From: Craspedostauros australis
Taxonomy: Eukaryota
Length of the DNA stretch: 57,162 nt
Direction of reading: 5' to 3'
Assembly (NCBI GenBank): GCA_030167865.1
Contig: JALAGF010002951.1
Span: 1-57,162, forward strand
The notes under the pieces were generated by a model that was not told the DNA's origin, did no database searches, and was given only the letters and a program-made list of their open reading frames with translations. The stretch's first letter is position 1. The number at the start of each line of letters is the position of its first letter. Of this stretch, positions 40,494 to 52,404 are shown piece by piece. A program made the translations under genes and the position numbers.

Positions 40494-42990
40494 ATGGGGA
40501 CTTATCTGTCAACGCCCAACAAAGACAAAGGCACGGAATGTGGCGAGGACGAGGCCTGCGCAAACGTGCCACTTGCCTGGGCAGTCGTGGACATGCAAGG
40601 TTGGAGGAAGTCCATGGAGGATGCGCACGTCGCGGCCACGGGCCTGCCCTACTCCAGCAAGCAGGCCGATGCTAAGGTCTTTGGGGTCTTTGACGGTCAC
40701 GGAGGGGCCGAAGTTGCGCGTTTCTGCCAGCTCTACCTCGTCTCTGTCCTGCAGCAGCAGCCGACTTGGAATGCCGAGTCGATCGGTGGCGACAGCACCA
40801 CAGAATTGAACGGGGTGGCTGCTGCAGGGACCCCTGAGGGACAAGCTCTCATCCAGGCATTCCACGCCTTGGACCGAATGATCGATGATGATGCCAGAAG
40901 GTATGTGTTGTTCTTGCCTAATTGTGCTCTGCTGTGCCATTGTATGATGTGCCATTGTATTCTATGGTATTCTATTCTGTTCTATTCTATTCCGTGGTAC
41001 AGGATGCATTGAATCATTTCCCATCCATCATCTCTGCTTTCCCCCTCACATATGAGCATACGTGCATGCTTCACATTCCTTCATCGACACATGGACCACC
41101 ACATGGATACTCGAACGACCAGAGACGAGATTATCAACCTCCGATCCACGAAGCCAATGCCACAGGAACGAAGAGACGCAACATCGATTCCTCTCCCAGG
41201 CACCAGCGTCAGGTTGGGAACGGCCCAGCCAGACGCGGAACCGCAGAACCGACAGCCAAATAATGACAGTCTTCGCGATACTCATGATGATGCCAACGAT
41301 GATGATGCCAACGATGATGAACCATTTGTGGATGCACAGCTACCACAGAAAGACGCTGGTGCTGGTAGAAACGGTGTTGGCAACAATGATGGCGACGACA
41401 AAAACCGCAACGAGCTGAGTGACGACGATGGCAAAGCCAATGCACCAGATGCTGGAACAGCTGACGCGACGGATGCAGCATCAACGCAGCCGTCTGGCAC
41501 GACCGAGAAAAGTTCACAAAACAGCGACGATAAACAGAAGGCGGATGAAACTGACGGCTCCGATGACAACGACTCAGAAGACCCGGAATCGCCCGAGGAC
41601 GACGATAGCAACGAAGCTGTTGGGAAGGAAGAGGCTGCCGAGCTGGATCAGGACTTATCGGATACATCTCAAACAGAATCCGAGACGCTATCAGAAGATG
41701 GATCGGACCAGACACCAACCATGCCTTCGTCCGTCACGCACATGTTCCAAAAGATACTCTCGTTGGGAGGACAGGCAGGACAGGCGACCATCAAGCTGGT
41801 GGGTGAGGGGGGCGAGGAGCTCGCCATCAATCTTGTTGGCAACAAGGCACAGGGGCAACAACAGATGCCTTCGTCCGATGCTCAGCCATCTGTGATGTCG
41901 CAGCAGCTGGCACCGCTCGGACCCAACGCGTCACAGCCAACGTTGGTGCGCAACGGTAGAATGGTACGTTACCGTTGCAATCGTCAGTTGTATAGCAACG
42001 CAGTTGTTTCTGGTGGTGATGATGATGGTGGTGGTGGTGGCGATGATATTGATGAACACGACTGATGGGTTGACCAGCTGTTTCGCAGTTTGAATTTGCT
42101 TCTTGCATGATATGGATGGACGGAGCAGATTAGTTGATACTATCGATGCTTGAAATGAATGAAGGAATGGATACTGTTATTGCTCCTGCTGTCGTTTCTG
42201 CAATTTGCGTTGAGTTGCTTTTGTTGAGATGCCTGAACAGAAAAAACTCATTATCACTTTCATCGATGCATTCCTGTTGCCACCCGTCGGGCCATTTTTG
42301 CAGATCTGCAATCTGCCAGACCACCCGATCCATGCGGGTTGCACTGCCATCGTCGCACTCATGACGGGGAAAACACTGACGGTCGCCAATGCCGGCGATT
42401 CACGCGCTGTATTGTGTCGAGCAGGTGGCAAGACACACCCGTTAAGCTTCGACCACAAACCGCAGCAAGCAGTGGAGCGAGCGAGAATCACCAAGGCGGG
42501 AGGCTTCATCAACCACTTTGGACGTGTCAATGGAAATCTCAACCTCTCCAGATCGATCGGCGATTTAAAGTACAAGCAGGTGCCCAACATCGACCCGGCC
42601 GACCAGATGATCACGGCACAGCCGGATATCGTGCAGCTGGAACTCGCGGGTGACGACGAGTTCATCATTCTGGCTTGCGATGGGATCTGGGACTGCCTCT
42701 CCAACGAACAAGCCATGCAGTACGTCCGAAGTCGCATAGAAACCCGAACGCCGGAGGAGATTGGGATAGAGATGCTGGATAACATCATCAGCCACGACCC
42801 AAGACTCACGCAGGGCATCGGGAGCGATAACATGACAGTCATGATCATCGATCTGCAGCCAGCCTCAAGGACGCAAAGAGGATCGTCACCATCGGCGGTT
42901 GCTACAACGGAGGATGGGAACGAAGGCGAAGACGAAGGAGAGAAGCAGGAACAGGAGCAGAAGCAGGAGCCCATTGCGGAAACGGCATGA
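40494..42990 (+). CDS. Protein phosphatase 2C, PPM1G-like with acidic insertion, 3 exons: 40494-40900, 41123-41963, 42304-42990, about 644 aa
   Basis: Myristoylation-type start MGTYLSTP. Motifs MQGWRKSMEDAH, VFDGHGG, AGCTA, ANAGDSRAV, DHKP, RVNGNLNLSRSIGD, LACDGIWD and GSDNMT. Both GT-AG introns are frame-consistent. Confidence 0.93.
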
Positions 42991-43485
42991 TGATCACTCT
43001 GCAAACTATTATACATCGGGAGGAAGAGTGCTGCTTCCGTTGCTATTACTTGTTACTGATAATATTCGCACTATTGGTACGGTACAGCACGATACGGCAC
43101 GGTACGTGATGGAAGTTCTAGTTGTATGGGATGGGATGTCGGCAATTTGCATTGGAGTCCCCCCATTGTATCAGTAGCACGAGTACATTGATCCTTCTTC
43201 CTTCATGTTCGTAGTCAAGCACGTACTCCACCAATACGTACCTACGTAAGCATGGATATAGTACAATACTCTGCTGGTGATACGGCAGACAATGATTGAA
43301 TGTGGCGGAATCATGCACTTATCCATGCAATGCATTGCACTGCAGTATCTGGTACCGATCGTACTCGTGCAAGTACTCTACTTTACTCCACGATACCTCC
43401 ATTCATGTGACGCTTGTGCCCCAGGGTAGAGTGCTATTACGCTGCGAGTATCCGCGTGCGTGCTCCCTATCTCGGATTTTAAGGC

Positions 43486-46024
43486 TTATGGAGAAATGCG
43501 CTTTGGATCACGTGGGAACCAAGATGTTTTTCGAATGTTTGGCAAACCAAGGAAGAGCATGATGACGCGCTCAAGACCAATGCCGCCGCCACCATGCGGC
43601 AGCGCACCGTTGCGGAAGGAGTTGACGTAGTCCTGGATGGTCGCGACGTCAATATCGAATGTCTTGGCGCGTTCCTCGATGAGGTCTGGGTCATGGACAC
43701 GCTGGGCGCCGGAAAGGATCTCTTGGCCACGGATGAAGAAATCGTAACTGTTGGAAAGCTTTGGATTGTGCGGGCATGGCATGGTGTAGAAGGGACGAAC
43801 ACTGAGCGGGTACTTGTCCATGAAGAAAAAGTCGGTTCCGTACTTTTTCGACACGATGTCGCCCAGCTTCTTTTCGTTCTCGGTGCTCAGATCGTCGAGG
43901 TCATCCTGTGTGTGTGTGTGTGCGTGTGCGTGAGAGCGCGCATGGGCGGAAATTGAAGTTGCAAGAATGAATGAGGGTGAGTGTGAGAGTTGGATGGGGG
44001 ATCAGACAATCGTGACAAGCTGCGAAATGAATGACCACACCATGCTCTACCAGAAGTTTCGCAAGCCAACTGCGGCGACCCAAGGAAACAAGATGATCAT
44101 GGCGAGAAGTCATATCGCCGATGCACGAGTATCCACCAGCTTCGGCGCGCTGCTGGTAGAAGCAATGCCGGAGAGTTCCACAATCACTTCACATACAACA
44201 CAGGAACAGAGCGCCGTATCGATGCCTGTGTGCTGTGAGGCACAATAACATTCTTTTGTCTCGCCTTACCTGGTCAACACCAGCCTCCCGCAGCAACGCG
44301 CAGCCTTCGGCGTATGTCAATTTCAGCGTTGGTCTGAGGTACTTGAGGTCCTCGAACGGGTGCTGCTCACGGACGCGTTCCAGCTCGCTCTTGCAGCGCT
44401 CGTTGATGCCGTCGAAGATGTAGATGAAGAGGTCGGAAAAGAGATCCATGACCTCGTCGTAATGTTCATGGATGGCCATCTCGAGATCGAAACCGGTGAA
44501 TTCGCACAGGTGCCGGCGGGTGTTTGAGTTTTCGGCACGGAAGACAGGACCGGTGGTGAAGACGCGCTCGAAACCGGAGCAGGCGGCGGCCATCTGCTTG
44601 TGCAGTTGCGGGCTCATGGCCAGGCAAGCTGGTTCGCCAAAGTAGTCCAACGTGAAGACGTCGGAACCGCCCTCGCTGGAGCCGCCGATCAGCTTGGGCG
44701 CATGCAGCTCGACGAATCCGTTCTTGAGCAGGAACTCTCTGAAGAGCAGACCCACCATGGATTCGATGCGGAAGATGGACTGGTTGGCAGGTGTGCGTAG
44801 ATCCAACCATCGGTTGTCCAAGCGGACCTTCTGGCCGACCTGGATGAGACCATCGTCGCGTGTGATCTCCTCGTCCTCGTTGTAGGCACCGACGTCGGTC
44901 TCCTTCTTCTCGTCGGGGCGGCAGGCGTCCTCCATGAGGAAGGGGAGGGCCTGCTTTGACTTGGAGATGCAGTGGAACTCCTGGATCTGGATTTCCACCA
45001 TCTTCTGGGTTGCGGATTCGACCGGATTCTGTGGCACGGTGACGACGCCCTTGACATCGACGACGGATTCCAGCGGGAGTCCGGCGATGTACTGGATCAT
45101 CGGCTTGGGGATGGTCTTGCTCTCGAATGCGACGGCCTGCACGGTGTACAAGGACGATCGGACGAGGACGAAGGCGCCCTTGCCAACCCCACGCGTCGTC
45201 TGGACGTAGCCTCGGACCAGCACGGTCTGTCCTGCCAGCTTGGGGGTGAGGCTCTCGATGTTGGTCCACTTTTTGTCGGTGTAGCCCTTGGACTGCACGA
45301 GCTCCGCATCGCCGAAGCTGTCCTGGCCGATGCCCGCCAGCTTGTCGGCCTTGGCCTTCTCCCTGGCCTCACGCTCGGCTCTCTTGCGTGCCTTCTCGGC
45401 CTCCTTGGCTGCCTTGGCCGCTGCCTTGGCGGCTCTCTTCTCCTTGTTCTTTTCCGACGCCTGCTGGTTCTGCGGCTGCGCCTTCTTCTCCGCCTTTGCC
45501 GTTGGTGGTGGTCCGTAGGCCTTGCCCGTCACCTCCTTGAACTTGGCCTGTGGTCGTAGTAGTATGGTATTATTGATCGGTGTGATTGGTAGTATTGGCA
45601 TTGATTATTGGTATTGATGGAATAGGTAGAGCATTGATAGGAGGCATTGGTAGGTGAGATTGGTAGGTGACATTGGTAATTGGTGGACAGGACGGAATGA
45701 TGTTTGGTGTTTGGCAGAGCATGGCGCATTGCGAGAAAGGCCGTGTGATGGCAATAAAGGGGCAGGGGCAAAGGCGTGAGTGTGTGTGTCTACCCGCGGC
45801 GTCATCTACCCTACTCTACTCTACTCTACTCTACTCTCATGGACTCCACGATCCAGAATCGAGAATCCTTCACTTCACGGCCTCTGGTATGGACTGACCT
45901 TCATGGCAAGCATCTCCTTGAGGATGGGATCCCATTCCTCCTTCGGCTTCTTCTCCGTCTTGGCGGCTTTGATGGCATTTCCCAGCTCCACGATCTTCGC
46001 GCCGATCTCTTCCTCTGTCGACAT
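43486..46024 (-). CDS. DARS1: Cytosolic aspartyl-tRNA synthetase with N-terminal WHEP-like domain, 3 exons: 46024-45899, 45547-44270, 43905-43486, about 607 aa
   Basis: OB-fold, [11 protein letters not shown], motif 1 ([17 protein letters not shown]), motif 2 ([15 protein letters not shown]) and motif 3 ([12 protein letters not shown]...[10 protein letters not shown]). Introns 45898-45548 and 44269-43906 are GT-AG and phase 0. Confidence 0.95.
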
Positions 46025-47452
46025 GGCTGTGTTCTTTGTGCTTGTGCTTGTGCTTGTGGAGTATAACGCTCTGTTGTCTAATAGACTACTTGGTTGTGGT
46101 TACTGCTTGCGCCTCTTGTGGCTATGGCAATGACGACTATGCTGGATCGATCCTCTGGTGGGTCAGCTGCGGTGCTTCGTGATGGGCAGAGAATTGTGCG
46201 CCTTGGTGGGAGATCTTTGTCCAGCGTCGCTTCTTGTTCTTGGTGTCGTGGGGCGTGTTTGGATGTTGTTGCGCATGTTTGGATTTTGCGTGCCCCCTTG
46301 TTCGTGACAACAAGGCGGTTGTTCGCAGTCGTCCGTGAAACAAGGCGCACCAAAAAATGATGGCCAGCGGACGACGGACAGATTGGTTGGGCCAACAACG
46401 AGCCGCGATGAGCCATGGGACTCGAACGTTTCTAGTTCGCATACCGGTAGTTTTGGTGTGGGGACAGCCAAGGATCGGCATCACTTGCGCCACAAGCGTA
46501 CATGTACGTATTGTATGGTACCATACAGTAGTACAGCACTCGCATACTCCGCGCTGGTGTTAGTTGCAGGAGGACAAGAACAGGAGGAATAGGTGGAGTT
46601 GGAGTTCAAGGTCTGTCGTCCCTCTGTTACGAGGGGAACGGGTTTCATCCAGGACGGGATTCCACAACAATGTAACGATGAAACGAAAAAGGGCAGCATA
46701 CGGATACAGAAGCGCGGCTTCCCCGCTGGCGTTCCGTGAATGCCTCGAATCCATGGCGTTTCTACGAACCCCGCCTCTGGTCCAGCCCTCGTTGTCCCAA
46801 TATTCCACACATGTGCTATTTGCATCTCGCGGATGCTAAGGCATGCATGATTCGGTACTCCACTTGAATTTCCAGCTACTCCTGGTGGATTCCTGCATTG
46901 CATGGGGATGGAATTGAGTCTGCCAGAAGGATGGGATGCGACATGGCTAGTCGTCGCACTCGCAGAACAATGTGCTTCAAGAAAAGGAAATCTCCAACGA
47001 CTACTTCGATCATCTCAATCGTGGATCTCGAATTGCCACGTCTGACGATTGATGGCGCACGTTTGCGTTGTTGTTCGTGGATGGAGAAAGAACAAGATCA
47101 TCAACAACGAACCGAACAGGCGCTCTGTCGTGTCAGCCATCAATGGCGATCACCATCATCCGAAGGCCACCCAGAGGCAATCCGACATCACTCGAGTACA
47201 TGTACTAGAATACTATAAAAGGCATTGAAGGTAGCTCATCATCCGCCTTGGATCGGCAGCATGAGATGAGCTTGGGGGTGGGGTGTTGAAGACTCACGTT
47301 GATCTGGTTGCGAGTGTGGTGAGCGGATGCCTGCGGATGCAGAGAACGGAACGGAACGGGACGAGACGATTCGATACATTGGCTGGTGATCAGTCGCTGA
47401 TACGCGTGATCGATTACAATAGTTCGCTGCCACCCGTGTCTTGATCATCAAC

Positions 47453-47524
47453 ATCACCACATCTATCACCACATCTATCACCACATCTATCACCACATCT
47501 ATCAGTACATCTATCAGTACATCT
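47453..47524. repeat. 12-bp tandem array ATCACCACATCT x4 + ATCAGTACATCT x2, ending 32 bp before the ERCC1 ATG
   Basis: Read directly from the sequence. Confidence 0.92.
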
Positions 47525-47556
47525 CGCACCATTGGAAGACAGAGGCACTGGGGATC

Positions 47557-48771
47557 ATGTCAAATCACGGCAGCAACCGTGGAAAGCCGGGCTCGGCCTC
47601 GTTCACGAATCCCTACGCGAAGAAGCGGAAAGCCGAAGCCTCCGGATCGTCAGGTCCGCCAGCTCCATCGCGGAGAGCGGCTGCTGCGTCCTCCAGCAAT
47701 CACAGCAGGAGAGGACCAGCAGAGCTGTCCGCGGATGCTCTGTCAAGGGCGGGGAACGCAGGGCTGGGTGCATCGACGTGGACGGGGACGTTCTCGCAGG
47801 AGTTCGAATCGATCGATACCTCGGCGCATTTTGCTCGGTCCGCACCATCGCGCTCATCGTACCGATCTGGTGCAGATAGGAGCGACCGTGGTGGCGGAGC
47901 TAACATCGGGGCAGCGACAGCCGGTCCAAGCGGTGCGGGTGTTGCCAATACCGCAAATGGCAACATACGCAATAGCAGCAGCAATAGCAGTAGCAGTAGC
48001 AGTAGCACCCCCACCAACGACAACAACGGTGGCGCCTCTGGTGGTGGTATCACCAGTAACAGAGACCACCATGTCCTGTTGCAACCGCATGTGCTCTACG
48101 TGAGCACCAAACAACGCGGCAACGGCGTCCTGCAGCACATCCGCAACGTGCCGTACGCCTTTACGAAGATGGTGCCCGATTTCATCATGAGCACGACGCA
48201 GTGTGCGCTTTTCCTGTCGGTCAAGTACCACCAGCTGTATCCGAACTATATCCACAGGCGGCTGGGAGAATTGAAGAGCGACTTCATGCTTCGGATCCTG
48301 CTGGTTCTGGTGGACGTGGAGGACAACGTGAATGCGCTGCGGTTCCTGAACAAGCTCGCTGTCACGCACAATCTCACCCTGATGCTCAGCTGGACGGAAG
48401 CGGAAGCTGCGCGCTACCTGGAGACGTACAAAGCGCTGGACGGAACGGATGCCACGAGCATTCAGAGACGAGAGCAGAACAACTTCGTGGATCAGGTATC
48501 GGAGTTTCTGACGGCGAGCAACCCGTGCAACAAGACGGACTCGGGGCAGCTGCTGTCCCACTTTCGCACGGTGCAATCGGTCGTAGCGGCATCACAGGAT
48601 GAGTTGGCGACCTGTCCCGGGCTTGGTGCCGTCAAAGTTCGCAAGCTTTGGGATGCGTTCCATCAGCCATTCAGCTCGAAGCAGGCTGCCGCGAGGCAAA
48701 AGAAGGCGAGCGACGCGGTTGGCGGCGGCACCAACAGAAACGGGGATAGCACCACCAACGCCAACCCTTGA
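47557..48771 (+). CDS. ERCC1: DNA excision repair protein ERCC1/Rad10
   Basis: VSTKQRGNGVLQHIRNVPY...VPDFIM...ALFLSVKYHQLYPNYIHRRL...ILLVLVDVED...LSWTEAEAARYLETYK plus the HhH pair (NKTDSGQLL, CPGLGAVKVRKLWDAFHQPF). Confidence 0.96.
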   Translation: MSNHGSNRGKPGSASFTNPYAKKRKAEASGSSGPPAPSRRAAAASSSNHSRRGPAELSADALSRAGNAGLGASTWTGTFSQEFESIDTSAHFARSAPSRSSYRSGADRSDRGGGANIGAATAGPSGAGVANTANGNIRNSSSNSSSSSSSTPTNDNNGGASGGGITSNRDHHVLLQPHVLYVSTKQRGNGVLQHIRNVPYAFTKMVPDFIMSTTQCALFLSVKYHQLYPNYIHRRLGELKSDFMLRILLVLVDVEDNVNALRFLNKLAVTHNLTLMLSWTEAEAARYLETYKALDGTDATSIQRREQNNFVDQVSEFLTASNPCNKTDSGQLLSHFRTVQSVVAASQDELATCPGLGAVKVRKLWDAFHQPFSSKQAAARQKKASDAVGGGTNRNGDSTTNANP

Positions 48772-50714
48772 AGGCTCAATCGCTGCCTGCTTTGCGTCGT
48801 ACTGGGCGATACGTAATGTACATACATGTATGTGCATATGAACGTCCTGTACATGGAGAAGCGCAAGCATGGTATACGAAATGCTCGTACTCTGCGATTC
48901 TTTCCACAAGCACAGTCGTGCTCTACTCTATCAACAAAGGGGAATCACATTCCGCTTTAGCTCGCCGTTCGTGATCGTACGAGCTCTGGTGAAGCAGGAA
49001 GACAAAGGAAAGATACTCGTGTAATTGCAGGATTCGTAACGGATGCTTGGTACGACCTATTATATGTACTATTCGTATGTATAGCACATGAGGGCATGAG
49101 AGATACCAATAGATCGTACTCTCCCCGCAGAGGGTGTGCGGAACAGGCGCTGTCAGCGAAAGAGAAGAAGGAAAAGATCTGCGCCTGACCAATCATCGAC
49201 CACCCATCAACCACCCATTGACTAATCAACTAATCAACCACCACCGACCATCGATCACCAGACCACTTCATCCTCACACCAATAGTGGTCAGCCAGGAGA
49301 TAGGATCCTCTCCAATCAGTCATTCAACGAGACCATTCATCTCATCGCGTCACCAGCAAGCACGTTGCCAAACACTTAGTCAAGAGATTCTGTGAGCTGA
49401 TCAATCATCTGGCCAGTCACATGGCTGTTGATGATCTTGCGGTAGAGTAGAGTGCGCGTGGAATCCTCTCGTCAGCTTCGGGTCACACTCTCGCACCCAA
49501 CCGCTGGCACAGACACTGGCAATCACGAACACCGTTGTCAAGCATGGTACAATACGGACAATGTATCTATGGTACAAGTGGCCTTGGAGTTCGTAGTAGT
49601 AGTTCGTATGTACCATGTACCCATGCGATTAGACGGTCACTCGCGCAGTCACTTGATGGGCCGATCCGGCAGTGAGTTGGTGGAATGATTCTCCCGTGAG
49701 CGGCCCATCCGAGCCTTCCACAAACAAGAGCGATGGAGAAGACGAGGGGGATGTGGCGCATGTGAATTCCTCGCAGCGAATTACGAATTACGTGTTCCGA
49801 GGTGATGAGTAAGCGCAGAAGCAGATTGCGGTGGGTGCACAGAAGGAATCCTGACTGTGTTGGCCGCAACATGACCAAATCAAAACCATCCACCACCGCG
49901 AAACGGCGATGTGGCGACGTTCAACACGGAGACACAAAAGCGTGACGGCAGATGGATCTTCGGCAAATGTGAGCACTGTCACATCAGCCAACGATGCAAT
50001 AAATGATGTTGTGTTTCACGTTCCACGCACTTACCGCGAAATGTTGTGATTGGACCAGAGCGTGTCGTGATGACTATCCGCAACGACACGGACAGAATGA
50101 TTTCCACCTGGAACTCCAGGATCGTGTCTGGTGCTCGTGACTCGGACAGAAGTGGATCATGCATCTCTGTGTGCCTCGAAACTTCAACCACCCCCCATTT
50201 TTCTGTGGAAAAACACGTCATGTCGTCTGGCCGCGTACGCGTTAACAGTGAGTCTTTCTCGATTGCGTTCTTCACGGATTTCATCAAACGCGGTGACAAA
50301 GCGAGAGAATCAACCGGCAACGAGGCGATCTTGTGGGTCGTAGTTGCCTTGTCGCCTGTTGCCTCGCTTTTTGCACGTTGACTGGTTCTGTTCTCTGGAC
50401 TGCGTGGAAGGATCGTGGTGGGTGGATAACGCTGTTGAACGAGCACGCTGTGACGCGACGCAACGAGGGGCCTCTGAGTCGAGGATCGCGTGAATCAGGT
50501 TGAACTCGGATCGGCGGTGTTCAACTTGACGCAGCTCATCCCAACTCAACTCAATTCAACTCAGCACAGAGTTGAATACCCACGCTCGCAGCAACAAACG
50601 CAGGCTCAGGCACAGATACAGACACAAACGCAGACTGAAGAAAGCCAAGTTGACCTTTCTGAACCGTATCTGCTCACAAAACGAAACAAAAGACCAACAA
50701 ACACTAACTCAATC

Positions 50715-52372
50715 ATGGTGTACATCAAGGCAGCAGCAGTTGCCCTCCTTTCCATGGGCGCCTCCTCGGCGTAAGTCAGATCAGATGGGCCGGAGCCAAG
50801 TCAGCATCGAGGCACAAGCCTGGGCGCCAAACGCAGACCGACGGCATGCATTCAAGACAGTGATTGTGGCGGTGGTGACGAAGTGATGAAGTGATGAAGC
50901 AATGAAACAGTGATGGTCGGTCATGCTCCCACATCGGAAGAGCCAACCGCATCCCATCTCCCGTCGCAAGGCAGCGCAACTCAAGACAAGACAGGAACAG
51001 CAAGAGCCAACAGCGACGATCGATGATAGGGATGGCCATGGTGATGTGTGCACCCCGCACACCGCCGCGTGAATCCTCCAATCTTTCGCGCGCATTGAGA
51101 TCGAGTTGAATCCAAATCGAGTCCAAGTTGAACTTCTCATTTGACGGAATCTGCAACGTTTTTCGCCGACAAAGAATTTCTCAACTTCAAGCAACGCCAC
51201 CTTTCCTGTCAAACTGCACAGCATCGACCGTCACTTCGACCTTCACACCCATGCCTTGCCTTGTCTTGTCCTGTCTTATCTATCTTATCTTGCACTCCCA
51301 CATCTCGTCCTCCCTTGAACATGGGATGCACCGCAATAACGAGCCAACCGACTCACCCTCCCCTAACTTTCCCATGTCCCTCTCTTCTTTTACATCCTCA
51401 CAACAAAAACCAAATTCGTGACGGCGACCCTCCACAACAACAACAACAACAACAATGGCAACAAACATCGCTTGGCCAATGTATTGATCAACCATGACAA
51501 CACGATCGCGAATATCTTACGGTTGCCTCGACTCAACATCCAAACACTTTGACAATCACGGAATTCACGACGTCGTCGACGACCAAATAATAACTCGTCG
51601 ATGACAACGACACCCATGCTGTGATGATACAATACTCGATTGCGGACGATCATCATTCCCAATTCATCATGTCGCCACCTCCGAATGGATGTGCGAACGA
51701 ACAAACAAACAAAAAATCACATCAATTCATGTCCCATCCACGGAAACCAACGCATGAACATACTAACTAACGGACTGGCTGAACTCCTGCGACCACAGAT
51801 GGCAACCCAGCAGCCCCCTCTTCGCATCCCGGGCTGCTTCCCAGCAATCGCCAGCCACGGCGCTCATGAGACAGGCCTCCACATCTCTCAACGTCATCAG
51901 TGACCCAACCAAATCCACCTCCATGTCCAGCGGAGGCGGCATGTTCACTGCCACCAACGCCGAGAGCCGTCGCGTCGTCCCTGAGGATGTCCGCGGACGC
52001 CCGGTCATGAAGGTCGTCTACGTCGTCCTCGAGAGCCAGTACCAGTCCTCCCTCACCGCCGCTGTCAAGCGCATGAACGCAGGATCTGAGAACATGGCCG
52101 TCGAGTGCGTCGGATACCTCCTTGAGGAGCTCCGCAACGAGGATGCCTACGAGCAGTTCAAGAAGGACGTCGAGGAGGCCAACGTCTTCATCGGCTCCCT
52201 CATCTTCGTCCAGGAGCTCGCCGAGAAGGTCATCGACGTTGTCAAGCCAGCCCGCGAGAGCCTCGACGCCGTCCTCGTCTTCCCATCCATGCCTGAGGTC
52301 ATGCGCCTCAACAAGGTCGGATCTTTCACCATGAAGAACCTCGGACAGTCCAAGAGCGTCGTCTCCGACTTC

Positions 52373-52404
<32 letters not shown>

